Shown piece after piece: positions 1 to 11,395 of a stretch of DNA of 64,000 nucleotides (position 1 is its first letter; each line of letters opens with the position of its first letter). A program made the translations under genes and the position numbers. The stretch is from contig NW_015174288.1 of the NCBI RefSeq assembly GCF_001447785.1, positions 254,262 to 318,261 on the forward strand, in the 5' to 3' direction. Under the pieces are notes generated by a model that was not told the origin of the DNA, did not search any database, and saw only the letters and a list, made by a program, of their open reading frames with translations. Source of the stretch: Gekko japonicus. Its lineage: Eukaryota.

Positions 1-2235
1 TGTTGAAGCGCGAAAACAAGGTTGCACTTACCTGTAACTGTTGCTCATCGAGTGGTCTTCTGTGCAGGCACAGATTGGCCTGCGACTGCGCAGTCCTATG
101 TGGGACTGCACAGAAGCCACGACGATGAACTGCTCTTGCGGCTCCCCAGCGGCCTTGAGGGAGAGCTTGCATTCCTTGGATCGGATCCGGTATCCCTTTT
201 GTGTTCTGTGGCAGGCCCCTTAAGGCTTGCCGTCGCTTGCGCTGCTGGTCCGCTTACAGGAAAACCAAAGGCTGATTTTAATGTCTTCGGCTGCGCCGTT
301 CGTGTATCAGAGGAAGCGGTGTCTGGCTCGGAGAAAGGCAAGCCCGCGGTAAAATGGCGAGGCTTTCCGGCGCTGCAGCTCTGTTGCTTCGGATGCAGCG
401 GACTACCGCCAGGGCTACCCGTCTGGAGACTGTCAGCGGCAACAAGCGGCTACTGATTTTCAGCCGGATCTTAGACATGTTTACTGGAAAGGATATCCTC
501 GCTGCTGTTCAGCGGAATCCCGCGGGTTCAAGACTCCCGGCAAAACCTGCAAGTTTCTCAGGAAACAATTTACTTGAGAGTTGTCCCGCTCGCTTCAGTT
601 GGATTTCCTTCCACTGGTGTTCTTTAGGTGGCGATTGCTGTGCCCATCGAAAGAGACCCGCCGCGCCGGTCAGTTTTCAGCGGCGGAAGCTGCGCATGGC
701 GCTGGCCAGGAATACGGCCGGGATTCAACCTCTGCACGGGCGTGTGTGAGCGAAAGGGCGCGAAATATACCGAGGGGATCAGTGGGCTTTGCATTTGTCC
801 CACATCGCCTCCTGTTTCCAAATTTAAACAGACGAGGGTCTTCGGCATTTCAGGGCTCAAGGACACCCGCGGAAAGTTTCTGGGATGGATAACGTGGTCA
901 TGGATCTTGTACCGTCCTTGGATATAAACATGGTTGGGTGTGTGTGTGTGGAATCATTGTCTTCTCCTCTAAGCAACAAGGCCCAGTCCTGGTTCGTGGA
1001 CCAGGAAGCGAATCCAGCCAGAGCAGACGGGGAATGTCAGAGGAATGTCCTTCCAGGCACAGGCGCCTCCTTCGGCAGCCCGGGACGGCCAGGCACCATC
1101 CAGCCACGGCCAGAGGCGTTCCAGTCCCCTGGATCTCAGGGGGAAGGAAGACCAAGCTCGTGCTTCCCTTTAAGCGAAACGGGTCCCGCTCAGATTCAGT
1201 TTCCCGGTTTAAAATCAACGGGCACCAAACCGTTTTGGCGGGCCCAGTTCCCTCTTCCCACCCTTTTGTTGAGTTCCTCTCCTTCACCCTGTCTCAAGAA
1301 AGGAACGGAAAGAGAGAGCTTTTTTGGCGGCGGTGGAGGGGGGGTGGCTGGTGGCCACAATTTTCTCTCCCAAGTGCTCACCCGGCCGGTCGATATCAAT
1401 TACCCCCCCAAAAAACCCCCCAAAAAACAAACCCTGAATCCTGAAGCCCGGGCTGTTCCCTGGAGAGGCCCACGGAGAAGCACCCAGGAAGGCTTAGAAG
1501 CCTGGCACGAATTTCAGAGCCACTAATTCAAATCAGCCGGCTGTAATTAAACCGAATTGACGGCCTAGCACTAGAGCACAACCATTTGAATCCATTAATT
1601 TTAGAATCGCCTTATTTCGTATCGTAAACTTATTCCTGTTCTCTTTTGGTTCCTCCCCCCTCTCTAAAAAGAAAAGGCAAAGATGGTGGGAACCAGGCGG
1701 CAAGGGGGAAGAAACGAAAGCGGTAGACCGAAGTTTTACTCGGACTTAAATCCAAGTGGTTTCAATGTGCCTCACTGTGAGAAAGCCCGCAAGGAACAAG
1801 GAAGGCGTATCGCCACCAAGACCTGCTTTCCTCGCATTTTGAACCTTCACTTCACTCCCCAGAAACTCCGCAGCGGACTGCAGCCTCGCCTCACCTGTTA
1901 CTCGCGGCGGCCCCGAGAGAGCAACGTCGGGACAGAAAGGCCTAAAGGGCTTCCTGATGACGAGCCCTATTCGATAACAGCAGCAGCAGCAACAACTTAT
2001 GCGCGTATGTAGGACTGTAAGAGTATTTCAAAGCGCAGTGCTCGACTTCTCTCTGAATCAAACGAAAAGGTGACCGGATCAGTAAACGGCAATTCCTACT
2101 TGTTCCGCGGGCTCCTGGCCCAGGGGGCCTGCAGGTCGGTCCCACTGAGTGGCTATTCCCATTCCCAGCCATGAATGAGTCCGATCAGATTTAAGCATCG
2201 GAGAAGTTGTTCCCCGCCATCTCTTGCTAGAACTC

Positions 2236-2320
2236 TTATTATTGTTGTTGTTATTGCTATTGTTGTTGTTATTATTGTTATTATTATTATTATTATTACT
2301 ATTGTAGTAGTTATTGTTTG
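2236..2320. repeat. (TTA/TTG)n trinucleotide microsatellite
   Basis: Directly visible run ttattattgttgttgttatt... Confidence 0.9.
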
Positions 2321-3005
2321 CACAAACACCTGGATTATATTTAATAACGGAACACTGCTACTAAAACTACCACCAATGATTGCAGCGTATTTAATAATGT
2401 TATTTGCTCCTGCTACGATCCTACAAATTAAAAACAATGGGCACTTCACTCCTCAGGGCTTCGCAAAAAAACAACAACCCAAAAACAAAATAACACCTGA
2501 AGGTGGGGGGGGGGCAGGAAATAGCTGGCTGGCTCTCCCGGCAGGTCTCCCCGAGGAGCTTCACCGAAGTTCTGCGGTTTCTTCCTAACAGCCCGCCCGT
2601 CCGCAGGAACTTCATACCACCATCACCGCCGATCTCCCGCCGCCGACGCCGCCACCTTGCCCACTGGGGGATCGAAACTCCTCCCCCCGCAGGCGGCACC
2701 CTCACTCACCCACCCGGGACCCCCGCCTGCCCGCGGCTCCCTTCGCCTCCAGGAGGATCCGCCGCGAAGCCCAGTGGGGCGGGGTTCCTCCCCCCCTTTC
2801 CCCGCGAGTGCCGGACCCTCCCCTCTCCCCTCTGGTCCCTGTCCCCGGCTCTTCCGGAGATAAGAACAAAGCGCCCCCCCCCCCAGCCCAGACTCGGCTG
2901 GCAGACCCCGGCGGCGTCCCGGGGGAGCGGATGGAGCTCTCCGGAGCCGCCGGGCGGGAGAGGAGTGGCGAGGCGGGCAGCTCGGGAGAGGCAGGGGGCG
3001 CCGGG

Positions 3006-3251
3006 NNNNNNNNNNNNNNNNNNNNNNNNNNNNNNNNNNNNNNNNNNNNNNNNNNNNNNNNNNNNNNNNNNNNNNNNNNNNNNNNNNNNNNNNNNNNNNN
3101 NNNNNNNNNNNNNNNNNNNNNNNNNNNNNNNNNNNNNNNNNNNNNNNNNNNNNNNNNNNNNNNNNNNNNNNNNNNNNNNNNNNNNNNNNNNNNNNNNNNN
3201 NNNNNNNNNNNNNNNNNNNNNNNNNNNNNNNNNNNNNNNNNNNNNNNNNNN
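3006..3251. other. Assembly gap (N run) over the likely NKX2-3 core promoter/5' UTR
   Basis: N run. Confidence 0.99.
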
Positions 3252-3357
3252 GCCGCCAGCCCGGGCGGCGCGCTCGCTCGCTCGCCCGGACGCCCCTCCG
3301 CCCGCCTCGGCCCCTCCGCAGCCAGCAAGCCGGCCGGGCCGGGCCCCTCCGACCCCG

Positions 3358-6100
3358 ATGATGCTCCCGAGCCCGGCCACCTCCACGCCCTTCTCGGTCA
3401 AGGACATCCTCAAGCTAGAGCAGCGCTTCGGGAGCCCCCTCGAGCCTCCCTTCCCGGGCGCCTCCTGCCTGCTGGGCTGCCGCTTCTCGGACGGGGAGGA
3501 GGACGACGACGAGGAGGAGAGGGGGCCCTTCCTGCTGGGCTCCATGGCGGCGGCCAAGCGCCAAGGGGACGCGACGCTCTCTCCCGGGAGCTACGTGCAG
3601 GCGGTGCTGCGGGGCACCTGCCAGGCCAAGGAGGAGCCGGAGCCGGCGCGGGCCTCCGAGGGCGGTGAGTAGCCGCGACGGGCGCACGGCAGCCGGGGGG
3701 AGCCGCGGGGGTGGCGGCGGGAAGCGGCGGCGGCGGCAGCTAGGGCTCGTCCGCGAAAGGAGGCCAGGCTCGCGACCCCGAGGAGAGGGGACGGCCGAGG
3801 GAGCCCCTTCTCCGGCAGAATCCCCCGTCGGTCAGCGACGGCGTAGTGTCCTCTCTTCCCGCGAAAGGGCCCGAGGAGAACTCGCAACCGCAAGCCAGGC
3901 TTCTAACGCACATCGGGGCTCGCCGGCCTCCCCACCTCGAGGCCTCTGCCGGACTGGCCCTTTCCTGGGACAGCCTGGGGCTTGCTCCTGAGAAGACTCG
4001 CGCAGCGTTCGCTCCCTCGGGGCGCCCCCTGCTGACCTGACCAGGCCGGGGGAGTCGGTTCTGAGAGGCCCTCTGGGGACGCGTCCTTGCTCTGCGGGCG
4101 TCGCAGTTTCTGGCTTGGATCCGGCCGCTCTGCCCGCAAGCCCGAGAGAGCGGGAGCCCCTGCTCACGCCCAGCCGCGCCGGGGAGGCGGGCGAAACTCG
4201 GGAGGGGCCCGGCTGCAGCTGGCCAGAGGGGCTCTTCGGTCGGCGGGGTGGGGGGAATAGGCCGAGAGCAGGAGAAGAGGTCCGGCGCGGCGCGGCGCTG
4301 CGAGGGGTCCAAGACAAATCCCGGCCCCGCGTTTGCTCTCCCGGAGCCTGGGCCAGTCCGGCCGTGGCTTGAGGGGGGGGGATCTTGCCCCCCCCGCAAC
4401 CCTGCTCCGCTCCTGAGCCCCGCCCCCCGGCCGCCCCCCAGCAGTCTGTCTAGTCGTGGCTGCGAGGAGCTTCGGCTCGCGGGCTGCGGAGCCTTTTCTC
4501 TCGGCGGCTCCTGGCCGGGGACTCTTTTCCGGGGCAAGGCCGCGGGCCGGCTGGCGGCTGCCGCCTTGCGCCCGCCAGGGCCGTGTTGCGAGGCTCGGCA
4601 GGGCAGCTGTCAGGTGTGGGGCGAGCCAGGCCCAAACAAGGGTCTCGCCGATGGGAGGGACGGAGGCAGAGAAAAGCCAGCCTCTCCCACCCAGCCCGGG
4701 CCAGAAGCAGCCGCGTGGCCTGCAAAGGCCACCTGGATAGGAGGCTTCTCCCCGGGCCCGGCTTGGAGAGCCGCCACCGCCACCCGCGTGCGCGCGCGCA
4801 CTTCCTTCCCGAGTTTGCCAGCGGAGCTCCCCATCCTCTCGTCATCCCTCCTGTCGCTCCTCCCACCAACGCCGAGGCGCCTTTTTCTGGAGCACAACCG
4901 GCGGGCTTCTCCGGGGGTGGCGGCCATGCTCCCCTCTTGCAGCCCACGGTCTGGGGAGCCATTGCCGGTGGGCCCCCGGGGTCAGAGGCCAGGCCCGAGC
5001 TCCGGAGAGCTCCTGCTGCAAGGAACCGGCGCCTTCCTACTTCAGCCTAGACTCAGGACTCGGTTGAGCGCGACCCTCGGAGCTGCAAAGACAGCCTTCA
5101 GCAAGGGGGGGGGGGAGGTCATCACTGCATTGCCCGTCTTAAAGATCCCGTCCTCTGTGCTGCTCCTGTATTCTCCAGCACCCCCCCACACACACACACA
5201 CACACCGGGATCCCTGTCTCAGTTTTTCTCTTTCTCCCCCTTTCAGGGAAGGAGGCAGACGAGGAGGAGCCGTCGGAGCGGCCCAAGGCGCGGGGTCGGA
5301 GGAAGCCGCGGGTGCTCTTCTCGCAGGCGCAGGTCTTCGAGCTGGAGCGGCGTTTCCAGCAGCAGCGCTACCTGTCGGCGCCCGAGCGGGAGCTCCTGGC
5401 CAGCAGCCTCAAGCTCACGTCCACGCAAGTCAAGATCTGGTTCCAAAACCGGCGCTATAAGTGCAAGCGGCAGCGGCAGGACAAGGCGCTGGAGCTTGGC
5501 GGCTCGACGGCCGGGGCGTCGCAGCACCAGCAGCAGCCGCCCCCGCCGCCCCGGGTGGCCGTGCCGGTGCTGGTGAGGGACGGCAAGCCCTGCTTGAGCG
5601 GCTCCCAGGCCTACAGCGCGCCCTATAACGCCGCCGCCTACCCCTACAACGGCTTCCCCAACTACGCCTACGCCGGCTCCCCCGCGGCCGCCTACGGCGC
5701 CGGTTACGGCTGTAGCTACCCGGCGGGCAGTGGCGGGGCCCCGTCAGTGCAGCCGCCCGCGGGGCCTTACGAGAACATGGGGGGCTTCCCGCCGAGGGGG
5801 CAGAGTACATGCTGCGGGCCGGCCAGTCCTCCCTGTCGACCTCGGGCCAGGCGCAGCGGCGGGGCGGGGCGGGGACGCCGAGGCCGCCTGCGGAGAGGAA
5901 CCAGCAGTAGCGCTTCGGTGACGCCGGGCCGGGCCGCTCTCCCCGTCCAGTCGGATGCCGGCCAAGGGGCAGCCAGCCTCGGCGGCAGCGTGGAACTTCG
6001 AGCTGGGACAGCTCTGCTGCGTTCCGCAAAACGGCTCTGCGAAGGGCCCTGGACGGGCGCAGGACAGACTCCTCACCCCGGATGGGGGACGGCGCGGTGA
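3358..6100 (+). CDS. NKX2-3: NK2 homeobox 3 transcription factor (2 coding exons)
   Basis: Exon 1 is 3358-3664 ([18 protein letters not shown], the TN/eh1 motif; donor GGCG|GTGAGT). Exon 2 is 5247-6100 (acceptor TTTCAG|GG), phase 1 compatible. It encodes an NK2 homeodomain [20 protein letters not shown]...[14 protein letters not shown] with Tyr54, the NK2-[20 protein letters not shown] and a Tyr-rich region. Paralog assignment rests on synteny with SLC25A28/ENTPD7. The 3' end after ~5800 is uncertain. Confidence 0.92.
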
Positions 6101-9031
6101 GCGGATGAGGAGGCCGGCCGCCGTCAAGCAGCTTCGCTTGTACAAAGCCAAAGCCGGGCTGGAGGCAGCCCTCCCTCCCCCGCTGTATCTAAAGTGTATC
6201 GGTATAGCCACCCTCGCCCAGGAGTTAAAGGATCCAATAAAACCAGGTGCAATATGTGTCCCTCCAGGCTTGGCTCTGGGGAGGGAGGGGGGGCGAGGGA
6301 GGGAAAGAAGGAAGGAAGGAAGGAGCGCTCCGGGGAGGATCAGGCCGGCCAGCTGGCGGGAGACTTCGCGTCCCCTGCGCCTGCCCAAAAGCAGCACCCT
6401 CCGAAAATCGCTCCCGTGAATCAGCCTGGAGAGGAGACCGCCGCCAGCCCGCCCTCGACGCTCCCTTCCCCAGCATGGAGGCGGTAGGGGAAATGGCGGG
6501 CTACAGCGCTTTCCAATAAATCACCCAAACACACCCGCGGCAGTCTTCCCGTCGAGGGTCCTTGGTGAGGTTTCCCGGTAGTAGCCAACTTCAAGAGCCT
6601 GGAGTAGCACTGGACCCGCGCTCTCCGGGATCCGGCTGCATCCTCTTGGGGGCCCGCAGCCACCGCGCTCAAAGGGCGCCTCCTGGTTTCCACGCGCGCC
6701 GTGCGTTTGTGTGTGTGTGTGTGTGTGATTCCTTCGGATTAACTAATCCTCGGCAAAGGGGGGGGAGACTGGTTTCGGGGAGCTCGGCCTGCTCTGCACT
6801 GCCCCGGCGGGTCCCGCCTCCCGCCTTCTAGCAGGCAGGCAGGCAGCCGCGGTAATCCCCTTGTCCGGCCCAGGCGAGGATGCCAAGGCCCTGAATGGGC
6901 GGCTGGGCCGGCTCTGAAAGGCACCGCCGGGAAGGGGCTGAGAAGCGGCGCTTATTGGATTGGGGGACAAAGCGGGGGGCGAGGGGGGGCCGGGACAAAG
7001 GGCGAGATTGACGGCCCGCGCTGCCCCCACGCTGCGCTCGGGCGGGCAAAGGAGCTGCGGTTTTGTTCCCCGGGTTTGTTCCCCAGCGGGCAGCGGGCGG
7101 GGGGATGAGGGGTCGCCGCTCAATGCCGGGTCTGCCTCGCCCGGACCTGGCGGGATCGGAGGGCAGTTGGAGACGGCGGAGGCAGAGCCAGATGTGCTCC
7201 TCCTCCCTCTCGAAAGGGGGCTGTAGCCGGAAGGCTTTCTCTCCGGGAGCCCCTGGGACGGTGTGGGGCTTGGAGCAAGGCGCTCCGCACGTGCCTGCCT
7301 GAAAGAGCCCTCGCAGGTCAATGGCCACGCAGAGCTTTGCAGACAGGCTCGGGAGGAGGAAGCCTGCCAGGAATCCTGCGCACCCCTCCCCAACAACAAC
7401 ACCTGGCCGAGCGCGCCTGAGCCGACCATTCCTCGCGTTCCTTTTCAGCGGCCGGGAGCGCAGAAGAAGTGGCGGTTGTGTCAAGGGCGCAGTTAGAGAG
7501 CCAGGCCAGGCCAGGCCCGGGGGAGAAGCCGCGGAGCTGGGAAAGGTGGCTTGCTGGGAATCCATGGCCAGCCAGGGAACAATACCCCGGGCGCGATGGC
7601 TGGCTGGGCCCCCAAGGTCGCTGAATGCAAAGGAGTGGCCCCTTCCGTTTAGAGACCATCCACAGAACGAGGTCCGAAGAAGTGACAGGGCGACTTCAGA
7701 GGGCGGGTGTGGCATTTTGGGGAAATGTAGAATCTTGAGAGGTGCTAAAAAACAAACCCCCTCCCCTGCACGTGGTGAGCGCTGGAAGAACTGTCTTCCT
7801 GGTTTGCTGGTTTTCTGTAGGCAGGGAACTTTTTAAGTGAGAGGACATTCAGCAAGAACTCCTCCCCAGTCGGCAGGCTGAAGTGGGCCAGGTCCGGATT
7901 CCCTCTCCCCTCTCGTTCTGCAAAGCAGGGAAATGGAATTGGGGGGATGTCAGTTTCAGACAGCCGGCTCGATTTCGGGCTTTTTAAACCCGGTCCGTTA
8001 AAAGTTCCAGGTAAATCGAAGCTCCCCTCCAGCAGCCCACCAGGGGCAGGGCTAGGCAGGGTCTTCCTGAGCGGCTGGCTTTCCATGGGCAGGAAAGCTT
8101 CGACCGGGGCAAGGCTGGAGAGCGGCCTGCCCACCCCAGCCGGGCAAGTGTAGCGCGGCCTCCGGGCCCAGCGCGAAAACGGCGGGATTTCCCCGCTCTC
8201 TCTGGCGGGGAGGTGCTGCTGACCTGCTCGGACTTGGTTCTCTTCTCACTCAACCCTTCCCCCCAACTCATAGTATCGTTATGGAAGTCTACATTCGCAT
8301 TTCAATGTAGTTTTGAAGCAGGGATTTATCAAACTCAAAAAAAAAACCCCATTTAATTGCAACAGGAAGATCTGCGATCTCGTGTATATAAAACTGAACT
8401 AGAACTGAATGGAATTTGCAGCCCTGAACCTTTAGGATCGCCAGGTTCCCGCATATCTGACAGACACAACATTTAGTAAGTAAAACTTCTCTCGGCATTA
8501 TAATGCAATGATGAGAAAACACGTCTTCTGCATAGCGTGTGTTAAACCTGGAGCCTTTCTAACTTAGAACAATGGTCAAGAAGCAGCTAGAAATCATTAG
8601 GCGCTTACAAAAGGAAAAGCTTTCGCAGCATCATCACCACCACCACCACCACCTACAGGCTGACTATGAAACTGCGGATTCCATACCTGGCCAGCTTTTG
8701 TTCAGATCTGGAAAATCAAGGGGGGAAAGATTTCAGACTTGGGCCAGTGCTGCCAGTCTGTTAAAAACAAAAATAAACAGAAGGCTTTTGAAGACTAACA
8801 AGTTTTTATGCTACCCTTAGCTTACTTGTTTTTTTCCCCAGATGCAAGAATGGAGAAGACTATTGTGGCACAGGCACTTCTATCGTAAGGACACTCACCC
8901 ATATACCTATTCCTGGAAGACACCAAGGGCTGCACTTGGAAGGAAGTAGAGGGACAGGGGGAGAGAAGCAAGGGAGAGATCTCAGTAGCCTTGGTGCCTG
9001 GACATTAGTGGGAAGTGACTGGAAATTGAGA

Positions 9032-9067
9032 NNNNNNNNNNNNNNNNNNNNNNNNNNNNNNNNNNNN
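9032..9067. other. Assembly gap (N run)
   Basis: N run. Confidence 0.99.
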
Positions 9068-9636
9068 TCCTGGGAGACAGTACAAAACAAGATGGAGACC
9101 AGGGCTATCAAGTGAATGAGGTGGAAGGCTGTGGGAAATGGGTGGATATAGGCAGATAGGCTGCTTCTTCAACTCTCAAGAGTCCCAGCCCCTCGTTATT
9201 TCCCTGTAGCTGAAGTACACTCTTTACTTTTAGCTCTTGCTTTGCTGAGTTGCACAGACCTAGGAAGTTTATCATAGTCACCTCTAAGGGCTGCCAGTGG
9301 CTAGGCTGAAGACCCACAAAAACATGGCCCAAATTACAGACCCTGCTCAGCCAGTATCCTCTCACTGGTACAGAGTATTTCACCTTAAAGCCAAGGGTTA
9401 GCCTGGAAGTCCACACAAGAGTCATGTAGAGGACCTATGGAGGGGGCATCTGGTGCCTTGCTATTTTTATATTGCTATTTTTGTAAGTGCTAGAATTAAG
9501 GCTACAAGGACAAGACTTCCAACAACATCTCCTCCTTAAAACTAAGGCATACCTCCCCTTAAGTCACTGCTTCACAGGAGCCTTCAACATGAAAACCCTC
9601 TCTTCCAATAAAGCTCTTTTTGAATACTATGCCACA

Positions 9637-11395
9637 TTTTATTTATTTATTTATTTTGGGATTTATATCCCGCCCTACCCAGTGGCTCAGGGCGGCTAAC
9701 AGACAGGGTTTAAAAATTTAAAATAATAAATACAATGTTATATACATAATAAAATTTGGTGCTTCAATTCTACATAAAATAACCAAGATGTGCAACAGCC
9801 CCCATTGGCGGCCAGTTTTCTTAATAGCATGAGCGCCAGGAGTGATATTTCCCAGATCCGTCAGGCGACATCTACCCCTCCCTCCAGAATACGGTAGATG
9901 GATGATAGAGTCATGGTGGTGGAATAGCAGCGGCTCCTACTCAAAGGCCTGGCGGAAGAGCTCCGTCTTACAGGCCCTGCAGAACTGTACAAGGTCCCGC
10001 AGGGCCCGGATCTCCTCCGGGAGCTCATTCCACCAGGTAGGAGCCGCCACCGAAAACGCCCTAGATCTGGTGTGGGCCAGCTTCACAACTCGGGGGCCTG
10101 GAACTTCAAGGCGGTGGAAATTCCCCGATCGCAGTGCTCTTGAGGGAACATACGGGAAGAGGCAGTCCCTTAGGTAAGCCGGACCCTGGCCATTCAGGGC
10201 TTTAAAGGTGAGCACCAGCACTTTGAAGCGAATCCGGTATGCTATTGGCAGCCAGTGCAGCGCTTGCAGCACTGGCCGGATGTGGTCTCGCCTGGAGAGG
10301 CCTATCAGCAGCCTAGCTGCAGCATTCTGCACTAGCTGCAGCTTCCGGATTTGCGACAGAGGCAGCCCCAAGTAGAGAGCGTTATAGTAGTCCAGCCTCG
10401 AGGTGACCATCGCATGGATCACAGTGGCCAGGTCTTCACAGCCGAGATAGTGGACCAACTGCCGGGCCAGCCGCAGATGGTAAAAGGCTGACTTGGCAGT
10501 GGCTGCCACCTGGGCCTCCATCATTAGCGAGGAGTCCAGGAGCACACCCAAACTCCTAACCTCCTGCATGGGTACCAGTGGTACCCCACCGAAGGTCGGG
10601 AGAGGGTGCCCCAACTCTCGGCTGGTCCGACACAGGCCCAGGACCTCCGTCTTTGCCGGGTTTAATTTCAACCGACTCAGTCTGAGCCAACCAGCCACGG
10701 CCTGCAACGCCTGCGCTAGGTCATCAGGACCAAAGTCTGACTGGCCGCCCAACATCAGATAGAGCTGGGTATCATCAGCATATTGATGACACCCAAGCCC
10801 ACACCTCCGGGCAATCTGGGCAAGGGGGCGCATGTAGATGTTAAACAAAATCGGGGACAGCACGGCTCCCTGGGGCACTCCACATTCAAGGGGGTGCCTT
10901 CGGGACCGCTGGTCTCCCATCACCACCCTCTGTCCCCAACCCTGGAGAAAAGAGGTGAGCCATTGAAGGGCAAGCCCCTGTATCCCCATGTCGGCGAGAC
11001 GGCGGGTCAGCAACTGGTGGTCGGTCATGTCAAATGCAGCCGACAGATCTAACAGCACCAGTGCCGCCACGCCGCCTCGATCCAGATGCCTACAGAGATC
11101 GTCAGTCATCGCGACCAGTACTGTCTCCGTCCCGTGACCGGGGCGGAAATCGGACTGGAAGGGATCGAGGATGAAAGCCTCATCCAGGTAGCCCTGTAAC
11201 TGTGATGCCACCGCCCTCTCAATGAGTTTGCCTAAATATGGCAAATTGAAAACCAGCCAGTAGTTGGCTAATTCGGCCGGGTCCAGAGATGGTTTTTTCA
11301 AGAAAGGATGGGCCATCGCTTCCTTGAGTGTTCCAGGGAACCGTCCCTCGGTGAGGGACTTGTTAACAATCTCCCGTAGAGTGCCTCGCACTCTA
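9637..11395 (-). mobile_element. L2-clade LINE, 5'-truncated (RT domain + 3' UTR + (TAAA)n tail)
   Basis: ORF 9937-11454 has non-LTR RT motifs: LKKPSLD, LLDLSAAFD, GVPQGAVLSP, YADDTQLY, LQLVQNAAARL, LHWLP, AFSVAAP.WN. There is a (TAAA)n tail at 9637-9657 on the minus strand. Confidence 0.92.

Larger units (their letters stand above)
1..8250. promoter_or_regulatory. Large CpG-rich domain covering NKX2-3 and flanks
   Basis: Very high GC and CpG density compared with the AT-richer sequence after ~8300, as is typical of developmental homeobox loci. Confidence 0.7.

Noticed and set aside
2175-2588. ORF with a long Ile/Val hydrophobic stretch resembling a membrane protein
   Set aside because: The stretch is the translation of the (TTA/TTG)n microsatellite.
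22-8271. Many long ORFs around NKX2-3 (e.g. 4248-5576, 6828-7715, 885-1526)
   Set aside because: Pro/Gly/Ala/Arg-rich translations expected from stop-poor GC-rich DNA, with no recognisable domains.
8572-8820. ORF with a poly-His tract
   Set aside because: It is a (CAC/CAT)n microsatellite within a degenerate repeat, with no splice or homology support.
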